A stretch of 63,773 nucleotides of DNA, filler included, from Klebsormidium nitens (lineage: Eukaryota; Plantae; Klebsormidiophyceae): NCBI GenBank assembly GCA_000708835.1. It is 8 parts of 8 records of this genome, joined end to end, with 100 filler letters (N's around TTAATTAATTAA, not from the genome) between each part and the next. Parts side by side here need not be neighbours in the genome. Positions count along the whole stretch, not along the records: positions 1 to 3,934 come from DF238629.1; positions 4,035 to 20,430 come from DF238013.1; 6 more parts are not named here. One strand, given 5' to 3'. Below, one piece after another: positions 1 through 8,787 of this stretch. Every line of letters begins with the position of its first letter. Within the stretch, counting starts at the first letter, position 1. The translations under genes and the position numbers were made by a program. Under the pieces are notes generated by a model, which was not told where the DNA came from, did no database searches, and saw only the letters and a program-made list of their open reading frames with translations.

Positions 1-58
1 CCTGCAATCAAAGCTACCCAACGCTCAAAGTCAAACAGAGCTGCCCTACATTCAAATA

Positions 59-610
59 TCAAACAATGCAGCTCACTAACAAGCACTTGGCAAGCTCACT
101 TGTCCGATGACTGCCAGAACGTGGAGGATTAGGGTCCTCCTCCTCTCCGAATCCCTCCCCATCTTCCACACCTCTGGAGACATGAGACTGACCACTTTGC
201 AGGCCAGTGCCAGTGGACCCCCGCGTGGATCCTTGGCCTCTAGGATCTTCAAGGGCGTCCTTCTCATCCTCCTCCTCATCGTCAGTCCCTTGACCGGCAG
301 CTTCAGGATACAGCGATTGCATTTTTGGGCGTTCAACTGGAAATGGAAGGCGACCATTGACAACATCTGGATCCACCTCATGGATGTCGTCCTCATCCTC
401 CACTTCAAAACCATCCCCATGGCCATCATCATAGTTGTACTGCTGTGCTCCTTTGTCTTTCAAAACACCGGCCTTCCTTTTCTTGCCAGCAGCCCCATTT
501 GCGGCCTTCTGTGGAGGCTTCTTTGCTTGCTGGCCCCGGCCAGGCTTGTTCCGTCCCGCCACCAATTTCAACGCTGCAGCAACTTGTCTTTGCCCTTGCT
601 TTGACGCCAT
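59..610 (-). CDS. Hypothetical low-complexity protein (basic N-terminus, acidic middle); probably a first exon; divergent from the Plavaka-like transposase
   Basis: 183-aa ATG ORF with a KKRK NLS-like motif and DE-rich tracts; a possible GTGAGC donor lies near its 3' end; no recognisable domain. Confidence 0.35.
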   Translation of the reverse strand: MASKQGQRQVAAALKLVAGRNKPGRGQQAKKPPQKAANGAAGKKRKAGVLKDKGAQQYNYDDGHGDGFEVEDEDDIHEVDPDVVNGRLPFPVERPKMQSLYPEAAGQGTDDEEEDEKDALEDPRGQGSTRGSTGTGLQSGQSHVSRGVEDGEGFGEEEDPNPPRSGSHRTSELAKCLLVSCIV

Positions 611-1617
611 GCCAGTGGCGTCCGGATGCTATTGACGCTCTTGCTTGGAAGTACCTAGCCGCTGCGGCGCTCTTGCCTAAGGCTACAACTTGGAAGCTGC
701 CTTGTCGAGTCTGTTGAAAGTGAGACTTGTGTCGGCCTAGGTCACGCCCAGTCTAGTGTTACCGTCGAAAGCTTTGCAGACCTAGCTTACTCAGTCGCGT
801 CCGGCCGTCTCGGCCGACGCGACTTCGATATTTGAATTCAAATTGGCGGGTATTTATCTGTCGTTCGATAACTGATCGAGCAATCTGACGGCCTCAATAA
901 ATCGGGCGGTCACTGGGCTGTCGACGGTCGGTCTACCGTCCGATTATGGTTCAAGGTCATCAGTGTCGTCGATGATTTCATCCCGCCAAATGTCATCCAA
1001 ACGAGTAGGTACAGTCCAGCTCAAGGCTTTAATTTAGACTTAGACTTACACTAGGTAATAGTAGGCTGTAGGTAGTGGCGCNNNNNNNNNNNNNNNNNNN
1101 NNNNNNNNNNNNNNNNNNNNNNNNNNNNNNNNNNNNNNNNNNNNNNNNNNNNNNNNNNNNNNNNNNNNNNNNNNNNNNNNNNNNNNNNNNNNNNNNNNNN
1201 NNNNNNNNNNNNNNNNNNNNNNNNNNNNNNNNNNNNNNNNNNNNNNNNNNNNNNNNNNNNNNNNNNNNNNNNNNNNNNNNNNNNNNNNNNNNNNNNNNNN
1301 NNNNNNNNNNNNNNNNNNNNNNNNNNNNNNNNNNNNNNNNNNNNNNNNNNNNNNNNNNNNNNNNNNNNNNNNNNNNNNNNNNNNNNNNNNNNNNNNNNNN
1401 NNNNNNNNNNNNNNNNNNNNNNNNNNNNNNNNNNNNNNNNNNNNNNNNNNNNNNNNNNNNNNNNNNNNNNNNNNNNNNNNNNNNNNNNNNNNNNNNNNNN
1501 NNNNNNNNNNNNNNNNNNNNNNNNNNNNNNNNNNNNNNNNNNNNNNNNNNNNNNNNNNNNNNNNNNNNNNNNNNNNNNNNNNNNNNNNNNNNNNNNNNNN
1601 NNNNNNNNNNNNNNNNN

Positions 1618-3934
1618 CCCGGCGTGGATCCCTGCCCCGTGTTGCTGACATACAAGCCTGCGCTTGACGTCATCAAGGAGCTCTGTGCCAACACCCGGGC
1701 TGCCCAGGACGGATTTACCGTCAAGCCCGTCATCCGACAGGTCAAAACGCGACGACGGGAGGCGGACGGCACTATTGTGGAGGAGGTGCACGATGTTGAC
1801 GTGCAGTACAGCCATCCCAACACTGGGACTTGGTGGGCACGTGCTCAGGCAGAGGTGCGGACAAAGGCCTCAGCCTAATCTCCATTGGTACTACTGCCCG
1901 TTTGTTGGTCATTGCCTGAACTTCTCACATCAGCTCGAGCCACCTCAGCTCCACCCAGCTCAATTCATGTAAACAAGTCGTTTCGGTTGCGAGGCGCATA
2001 ATTTACGTTCTCATTGGAAAATCCTCTTACATCGTAAAGTACGCGCCGCACCCAGGAAGGCTACACGTTGAAGTTGGTGGAACAATCTATGGNNNNNNNN
2101 NNNNNNNNNNNNNNNNNNNNNNNNNNNNNNNNNNNNNNNNNNNNNNNNNNNNNNNNNNNNNNNNNNNNNNNNNNNNNNNNNNNNNNNNNNNNNNNNNNNN
2201 NNNNNNNNNNNNNNNNNNNNNNNNNNNNNNNNNNNNNNNNNNNNNNNNNNNNNNNNNNNNNNNNNNNNNNNNNNNNNNNNNNNNNNNNNNNNNNNNNNNN
2301 NNNNNNNNNNNNNNNNNNNNNNNNNNNNNNNNNNNNNNNNNNNNNNNNNNNNNNNNNNNNNNNNNNNNNNNNNNNNNNNNNNNNNNNNNNNNNNNNNNNN
2401 NNNNNNNNNNNNNNNNNNNNNNNNNNNNNNNNNNNNNNNNNNNNNNNNNNNNNNNNNNNNNNNNNNNNNNNNNNNNNNNNNNNNNNNNNNNNNNNNNNNN
2501 NNNNNNNNNNNNNNNNNNNNNNNNNNNNNNNNNNNNNNNNNNNNNNNNNNNNNNNNNNNNNNNNNNNNNNNNNNNNNNNNNNNNNNNNNNNNNNNNNNNN
2601 NNNNNNNNAAGTGTTGGATACTACCAAAAACAAGATTCGTCTTCTCATCACAGATTGACGCCGATCCAGCTTATGAAGGGGCACACATCATCATCCCCAT
2701 CATCGTGCACATCGACAAGACCACCCTCGACGGCTTGCGCAAGTACTCTGCGTTCCCCGTGTACATCTCCATCGCCAACTACTCGTGGAAGACGTACAAC
2801 GAACAAGGAGGAATGGTGCTGGTGGCATTGCTTCCACAGCCCGAGGCAGACCCCGACTGGCCGGGCGCAGGCTACAAGCCCGACAGCGAGGGCTTTCGAG
2901 GCACGAAGAGATTCTTCATGCACGGGGCGCTGGGGATCGTGTTCGAAAGCGCGCGGGCGGCGTCCTATACCGGCTTCGAGTTCGTCGACCCATTCGGCGA
3001 CAAGAGGAAGGGGGTCCCTCTGCTGTACGCCATCAGCAAAGACCTCGGCGAGGCCTCCTCCATCTCGGGCGTGCGATCCAACTGCTGCGACTCCTGCCTA
3101 GTGGGGCCGAAGGAGCTGAACAAGGTTCGTGAGGCGCTTGCGGGAGAGTACACGGTTCGCACAGAGGCACACATGTGCCCTAAGATCATGGAGATCATGG
3201 ACCTCCAGGACGCGGGCGCGCCGCAAGTGCGAATCACGGAGAAGTGCCGAGAATACGGGGTTCATCCAATCACGGTAAGTGCAACAGCGTTGAAGTAACC
3301 GGCGAAACGCTAAAAAGTATGCTTACAACAGTCGGCGCACACTTTACGTTCTTCGACTAGAAAGACCAGATAGCGTATTTTGCGCGCCCTCCTCCTCAAC
3401 GGCTGTCACGGTGCCCAACGTCTCGGCGCACACTTTACGTTTTTCGACTAGAAAGAGGCGAGAGCGTATTTTGCGCGCCCCCTTCTTCAACGGCTATTAC
3501 GGTGCCCCACGCTCATTGCTCACCCATTATTATTCTCAATTCATTGAACTCAACTATTCTGGTTCATTTGCAGCCATGGTTCTTCGACTGGAAGTACGGA
3601 AACGAGGATTGGAATTCCCCGTACCTGAAGATGGCGCCCGACGACTTGCATTCCGTGTACGGCGGCGTGCTCGGCGCGCACCTGCCCCAAATGATGAGAG
3701 CGCTTGGGAAGCTGCTGCCAATGGGAGCCACCAAGCTCCTCGAGACGCTGGACTGTCGTCTCCACCGTATCTACACTCACCACAAGCCTGGACACTTACG
3801 TCTTCCTGCCTCTCCAACCTTTTTCACCAACCGTTACCCCACCCCCAACTACGAGTGGAAGGCAGTTCTCCAGGTCCTCCCCGCTCTAGTGGCCGGCCTC
3901 TTCCGATCTGGGGGTCGTGACGTCCTCGTGGAGT
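1618..3934 (+). mobile_element. Plavaka-like DNA transposase, intron-containing and partial (exons about 1618-1854, 2654-3274, 3574-3934)
   Basis: Motifs YSHPNTGTWW..AQ, IPIIVHIDKT, FPVYISIAN, FMHGAL, PLLYAISKDLGEA and CCDSCLV resemble the Plavaka transposase pattern. Phase-0 splice sites (GAG|GTGCGG, CAG|ATT, ACG|GTAAGT at 3275, TTGCAG|CCA at 3573) join the exons in frame. Confidence 0.65.
3334..3507 (+). repeat. Two tandem copies of a ~90-bp unit inside the transposase intron
   Basis: cggcgcacactttacgtt...ctagaaaga...gcgtattttgcgcgccc...caacggct...acggtgccc occurs at about 3334 and 3424. Confidence 0.85.
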
Positions 3935-3978
3935 NNNNNNNNNNNNNNNNNNNNNNNNNNNNNNNNNNNNNNNNNNNN

Positions 3979-3990
3979 TTAATTAATTAA
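3979..3990. other. Artificial contig linker TTAATTAATTAA flanked by Ns (also near 20475, 25543, 33584, 54243, 57878, 61541)
   Basis: Identical 12-mer with stops in all six frames, always embedded in N runs. Confidence 0.95.
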
Positions 3991-4034
3991 NNNNNNNNNN
4001 NNNNNNNNNNNNNNNNNNNNNNNNNNNNNNNNNN

Positions 4035-4193
4035 GTGCTCCCACTCGTAGGCGTCCTGATCCAGCTGGATCTCCTCCACGGTCCAGAAATTGGCGACCGC
4101 CTTCTTGTAGAACGATCAGGTCTTGGGGTATTTGATGGGGAAGGTGCAGTACCTGTGAGGATCCGTCTCGAGGAGGGGTTCTCGTTCTGCCAT
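4035..4193 (-). pseudogene. RNR2: Ribonucleotide reductase small subunit (R2), 5' fragment with a premature stop
   Basis: Translates MAEREPLLETDPHRYCTFPIKYPKT*SFYKKAVANFWTVEEIQLDQDAYEWEH, the typical R2 N-terminus; TGA at 4116-4118 falls where a conserved Trp is expected; runs into a gap. Confidence 0.85.
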
Positions 4194-4302
4194 GTCTCAG
4201 AATGAAGCCCTCGTACCTTACAGTCTGTCCAGAATAAAATGGCACACGACGAATCTGCGTCTGAAGGTCTTCAGCAAGAGCTTAGAAGCATCCGAATGCC
4301 AC

Positions 4303-4535
4303 ATCATAGCGGAAGCATCCGAAAGCAAGTATTCAAAGAATGCGTCCGAAAACAATTTCGGGTACTGACGGCTATAGCCACATCGCAACAGAGACATCCG
4401 AAAGTCAGTATCCGAAAAATGCGTCCGAAAACATTTTCGGGTACTGACGGCTACAGCCACATCACAGCGGAAGCGCCCGAAAGCAAGTATCCCTGAAACA
4501 TTTTCGGACGCCGAAGGCTACGGGTATAACATCTT
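4303..4535 (+). repeat. About 3 tandem ~75-bp subterminal repeats rich in RYRTCCGAA motifs
   Basis: aaaca(a/t)tttcgggtactgacggcta(t/c)agccacatc at about 4351 and 4428, with a degenerate third copy at about 4496. Confidence 0.75.
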
Positions 4536-4862
4536 GGAGCGAAAGGCGGTCATCTCTCCAGAAAACAGGTCCTGACCGCCAGAGATGGAAGTCTACATGA
4601 GAGAACGGGTAAAAACTCTTCCTTACAGTCTGTCCAGAATACAAAGACACACCTGGAATCTCTGATTCTCGAGAGTATCGTGGAACGTCTCGGACGCCAG
4701 CGTCCGAAACCCCAGCTTTAGAACCTTCCAAATCGCCACGTCGTAACGACAGGTGTCCGAAAAGAGACAGCCCAGAAGCATCTCCCATTCGGACGACCGT
4801 CAGAGAGAAATCTCGCTCGGAGTATATATACCACAAAACTTCCTTTCTCACGACATTCACAG

Positions 4863-6761
4863 ATGGACGATGGGACGGATGGCTTCGAGGGGACGAAGAG
4901 GAAGCGCCCAGACATCGCTCTACGAATCCAACAGCGAAAGGGCAAAGAGACCTCCGTGGTACAGACGGGATAGAAGGCCCTCTGTCAGGACCTCGGGATC
5001 AGAGACCGGATCGAAGAGATCATCCCAGAAGTGAGTCGCATCCGAATCGAGACCTGCCTCCTGCTCAACCTGCACTTCATCCGCCTTCTGGAGGAAGGGA
5101 AGCCCATTCCCGTCATCGACCAGAACTTGGTCGGACGTGCGATGCAGTGCACATATGCAAAGAAAGCACAAGCGGACGCGGAACTCCAAGAGACATTCGA
5201 CCACCACTACCTACCTCTCTGCCCCAACCGTCCGATCAACAACTGCCTCCCTCGCATCACCAACGTACTCCTGGACCTGCGCAACCAGCTCCTCAGCAAC
5301 ATCAAGAATCACGTCGCGGTCCTCTTCCAGTCACGGCACCGGGCCTTCATGAAGCTCCTCCTCAGAGAAGCAGCCCCGGGCGTGCCTTTCTTCGAGGAAG
5401 CGGACGAGGATCTGGAGTCGTGCACCCGGCTGCTGACGACCGCCACCTTGTGGCGCCCGAACGAGAGCGTCCAAGAGCTGCTACCGGAGTATCCTCGCAT
5501 CTACGGAAGGATCCCAGAAGCTGCGATCGAGTGCCTACAAGATCTGGTCGACTCAGTCAGGCCGGAAGTCGGGCCGCTGCCTGCGGCGTCCCAGAGCAGA
5601 CCTCACCTCTACGTGCCCTGGATGAGGATCATCAGCGAGGAGTCCTCGGACCGACAGCTGCGATCATTCTCCCTCGTGCCTCACGCCTCCTTCTCTGCAC
5701 CTTTCATCGCTATCACTCCTACAACGTGGCCCGAGCTGCAACCAAAGAGCGGCAAGAGAAAGGCTCCGGGAGAGCTCCGCGATGCTTTTCCCTCCATCGG
5801 ACGGCTGGAGAGCGGTGGGAAGACCTTCGCAGACCGGATCACCACGGACGGAGTGTCCGCGAGCGTGTATTTCCCGGTGGAGAAGAGGACGCCCCCTCCG
5901 GAGGACAGAATGGTCCACATCCACCCCAAACAGCGCGTGGTGGGATTAGACCCAGGAAAGCATCCTGACTTCCTCACCGGCATCGCCGTGACCGGCGACT
6001 GGGATGGCATCTCGCATCAGGAGGAGGTCATCGGCCTGGGGACCCGGGACTTCTACCACCGAGCGGGATTCAAGAATCGGACGTTCCTCATGCACGCCTG
6101 GATGTCCAGAGACCTGGATGTGGCAGCCTTCAACAAGGATGCTCCTTCGGGGAACACCGTGAGTCTGGAGAAGTTCGGGAAGAGGGTGACCTTCGTCTCT
6201 GCGAACCTGTACTGTCTGGTACGCTTCCACACCGCGAGGAGGGTCCGAAAGCTGAGACGGCGAGTGACGATCAAGAAACAGATCGAGGTGGACAGAGCCT
6301 GCAAGAAAATCACGGCAGGGAAGAAAACCGTGGTGGCTTTCGGAGCAGCACAGGTGGATGCAGGCAGGACCAAGAGGCAGTGTGGGCCATGCGAGTCGGT
6401 GAAGAGACGACTCAGCAGCCACCACAAGGCGACGGTGGTCTTGATTGACGAGTTTAGGACGAGCCAGGTGTGCAGCACGTGCCACTCGGACGTCAACAAG
6501 TTCGCGGTGCTCAAGAGGCAGCGGGTGATGGAGGATGGACTCCCGACGGTGACCGAAGTAGGGCGTCGCGAGGACGAGGACGGAGGAGGGAGGACGAGCT
6601 ACAAGACGTGCCACAACGTGCGAGCGTGTACTAACCCGCTCTGTCGCATGGTGTGGAATAGAGACGTCAACGCAGCTCGTAGCATAGCTTGGATTTGTAT
6701 GAGCATAGCGAGAGGCGAGGGCAGGCCGGCAGAGTTCACGAGAGCAGGAGTCTGGGGCTGA
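4863..6761 (+). pseudogene. Fanzor (Fanzor1/TnpB-like RNA-guided RuvC nuclease), ~632 codons, with one in-frame TAG at 4971-4973
   Basis: RuvC-I VVGLDPG, RuvC-II LIDEFRTS, Zn finger CSTC...CTNPLC and RuvC-III WNRDVNAA. The upstream in-frame ATG at 4863 gives MDDGTDGFEGTKRKRP...KETSVVQTG*KALC, which aligns with the family-B N-terminus (ECTVVKTSLNSFC). Confidence 0.9.
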
Positions 6762-6897
6762 CAGATAGATAGTTCAAAGACATAGCTGCCTAGAAACGAG
6801 TTCATCTAGGCACCTCGGTGAGAACCCGAGATACGGCTGAGTACTATGGCGAGTGTGCCATTTTACTCTGAACAGACTGTATACGCGGTTTCGGACG
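6762..6897 (+). ncRNA. Predicted omegaRNA of Fanzor A (scaffold to the element end plus flank-derived guide TACGCGGTTTCGGACG); boundaries approximate
   Basis: Hairpins TGCCTAGA/TCTAGGCA (6787-6812), CTCGG/CCGAG (6814-6830) and ATGGC/GCCAT (6846-6861) lie between the stop and the right end; the last 85 nt are conserved in the mini-element at 17586-17670. Confidence 0.7.
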
Positions 6898-6968
6898 CGA
6901 GCCGACCGTTTGGACGCCCCGCGAGAACAAGTCTGTGGAAGCCCTTTCGGACGCCACTTTCGGGCGTC

Positions 6969-8048
6969 TCAGGCTTCGCCGTGGTAGATGTCGTCTACCA
7001 ACTGATAGTCCACCTTTTTCACTCTATATCTCCTCTTGAATTCCTCGATGAGTCTCTCCCGCAAGTACTTCTCGTTGGCGCTCGTCATGTGCCCGAAATC
7101 CTTGTGCGTCGTCCGGATCAATTGCGCGAATTCCAAGCGAGAGTCTCCCTTTCGGGCGGCGAAGCCAAAATCGATCAATAGAACTCGTCCGATATATTTC
7201 GTGCCCGGTCTGTACTTGAATGCTATGTTCTCCCAGTGGAGATCGCCGTGAGCGAGTCGCTTCTTCTGCATCTTGTCGATGAATGATATGAGGACTTTGA
7301 GCATGACGTCTAGCTCCCACCTCTTGCGATCCCGTCGCAGCCACGATGACAGCGTGGAATCCACCTGTTGCATGAGGACGACCGACACTTTCTTCTGCTT
7401 ACGGCCGTGCTTGATCTCGTCGAGCTCGAGTCCGAACGCTCGCGGCGCCAACCCATTGCGCCAGAATTCGTTCTGCATGTCCATCTCCACTCTATCTCGT
7501 GCTCTGTCGAGTTTCTTGGAGATCTTTGCGACGCGCCTCTGGCCGGTCTTCCTGTTTCGGACGAGGATCACCGACCCACTCGCCCCCTCGCCCAAGTGCT
7601 TCACGAAAGCCCACTTCTTCCAAAGGTTCATCGCAAAGCACCTCTCCGCCGCCAGGCACGGGGCCATGCTGCCCGTACCTTTCTGACCGTCCATAGCTTT
7701 CTTCCATTCGGTGACGGAGAACCCTCCCTCGAATAAGTCGCGCCCCATCTTCTGAGCACCGTCGACCCCGGCTTCGCACAGATTCTGCTTAACGCCGAGC
7801 TCCGCGAGTCCCTCTCCCGTGATCCAGTTCACCTTCTTCCCAGTCTTAAGCACGGCCGGCTTCAAGGCTTTCCTTGGTCTCCTCTCGCGCCGGGTCCTCC
7901 GTCTCCTCGGGACTTCGAGTCTCTTACGGTGCACTCTACAGTATCGATAGTCGCCCGACCCGCAGGCCGCCTTGTTCTTGCACCGCGCACCGTTCTTGGT
8001 CGGAGCTATGCAGCGTCCGCACGCCTTTTTCTTACGAGCTCGCGCCAT
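6969..8048 (-). CDS. Viral-type Ser/Thr protein kinase with an N-terminal Cys/His motif and an Arg-rich tract
   Basis: LGEGASGSV, VAK, HGDLHWENI and LIDFGFA kinase motifs; N-terminal CIAPTKNGARC...CRVH; intronless. Confidence 0.85.
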   Translation of the reverse strand: MARARKKKACGRCIAPTKNGARCKNKAACGSGDYRYCRVHRKRLEVPRRRRTRRERRPRKALKPAVLKTGKKVNWITGEGLAELGVKQNLCEAGVDGAQKMGRDLFEGGFSVTEWKKAMDGQKGTGSMAPCLAAERCFAMNLWKKWAFVKHLGEGASGSVILVRNRKTGQRRVAKISKKLDRARDRVEMDMQNEFWRNGLAPRAFGLELDEIKHGRKQKKVSVVLMQQVDSTLSSWLRRDRKRWELDVMLKVLISFIDKMQKKRLAHGDLHWENIAFKYRPGTKYIGRVLLIDFGFAARKGDSRLEFAQLIRTTHKDFGHMTSANEKYLRERLIEEFKRRYRVKKVDYQLVDDIYHGEA

Positions 8049-8099
8049 GTATCTCTCGTATGATTGAACGCGATATATTTTTCGTCGAAGCAAAGAGAT

Positions 8100-8786
8100 A
8101 TGATGCACTTCATAACTTTCGGTACGCATGGGATCTACAATAATTTCGCACGTCAGCTGGCCAAGAGCGCGCTAGCCGCCGGCTTCGACACCGCGACGGT
8201 CTACGACGAGACGGATCTAGACCCCGCGTTCCGGGAATCTCACAGGGACGTGCTCGCTCTCCCGCGTGGCTTCGGAGCGTGGTGCTGGAAGAGCTATTGC
8301 ATACTTAAGCGTCTGAGTGAGTTGGAGGAAGGAGACGTCGTGACTTACTGCGACTCTCTGTACGTGTTCACGAGGGACTTTAGGGAGGCCGCGGAGGACT
8401 GGCTGACGACCCGAAACCTGGTCTTGTTCGAGAACAAGCCTTCGGAGCCGAGCTACAAGGAGAGACACTGGACCAAGTACGACGCCTTCCGCATCTTGGG
8501 TGCAGACCCCGAGGTACACGGAGAGACGCCGCAATGCTGGGGCGGATTCCTTCTGTTACGCAAGACTCCAGAGACCGTGAGATTCATCCAGGAGTGGTAC
8601 GATAGATGTGCCGACGTACGCCTGATGAACGACGAGCGAAGCGTGCTAGGAGAAGAGCTTCCGAGCTTTATCTCGCATAGAGAGGACCAATCAAATTTAT
8701 CATTGATAAGCAAAGTCACAAAAATCGGATATCCTTTCTTGCATTTCCCCGCGGATCTCATGTATAATGTCAGGATGGGCAAGTAA
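8100..8786 (+). CDS. Putative glycosyltransferase (NCLDV-type)
   Basis: RGFGAWCWK, YCDS and HREDQS motifs typical of viral GT-like proteins; intronless. Confidence 0.6.
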   Translation: MMHFITFGTHGIYNNFARQLAKSALAAGFDTATVYDETDLDPAFRESHRDVLALPRGFGAWCWKSYCILKRLSELEEGDVVTYCDSLYVFTRDFREAAEDWLTTRNLVLFENKPSEPSYKERHWTKYDAFRILGADPEVHGETPQCWGGFLLLRKTPETVRFIQEWYDRCADVRLMNDERSVLGEELPSFISHREDQSNLSLISKVTKIGYPFLHFPADLMYNVRMGK

Positions 8787-8787
8787 C

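Larger units (their letters stand above)
4221..6879 (+). mobile_element. Family-A Fanzor-carrying TIR transposon (Tc1/mariner-like ends, no transposase)
   Basis: 27-bp TIRs CAGTCTGTCCAGAATAAAATGGCACAC (4221-4247) and the inverse at 6853-6879 with 2 mismatches; TA duplications at 4219-4220 and 6880-6881. Confidence 0.9.

Noticed and set aside
1029-2684. Long ORFs in the track spanning N gaps (also 9517-10667 and 50031-51127)
   Set aside because: Length comes from X translation of gaps, not from real coding sequence
3979-3990. Recurrent palindrome TTAATTAATTAA (7 copies) as a biological repeat or target site
   Set aside because: Always embedded in N runs and has stops in all frames; it is an assembly linker
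4303-4535. Possible CRISPR-like array next to a TnpB-like nuclease
   Set aside because: Units are degenerate tandem repeats with similar, non-unique intervening sequence; there are no constant repeats with unique spacers
4626-4652. Inner TIR as the true left end of element A
   Set aside because: It matches the right TIR less well than 4221, and only the outer end rebuilds a sensible RNR2 promoter on excision; kept as a secondary finding
5147-6614. Overlapping alternate-frame and antisense ORFs within Fanzor A (likewise 54584-55216 and 55832-56296)
   Set aside because: Shadow ORFs of GC-rich coding sequence with no motifs
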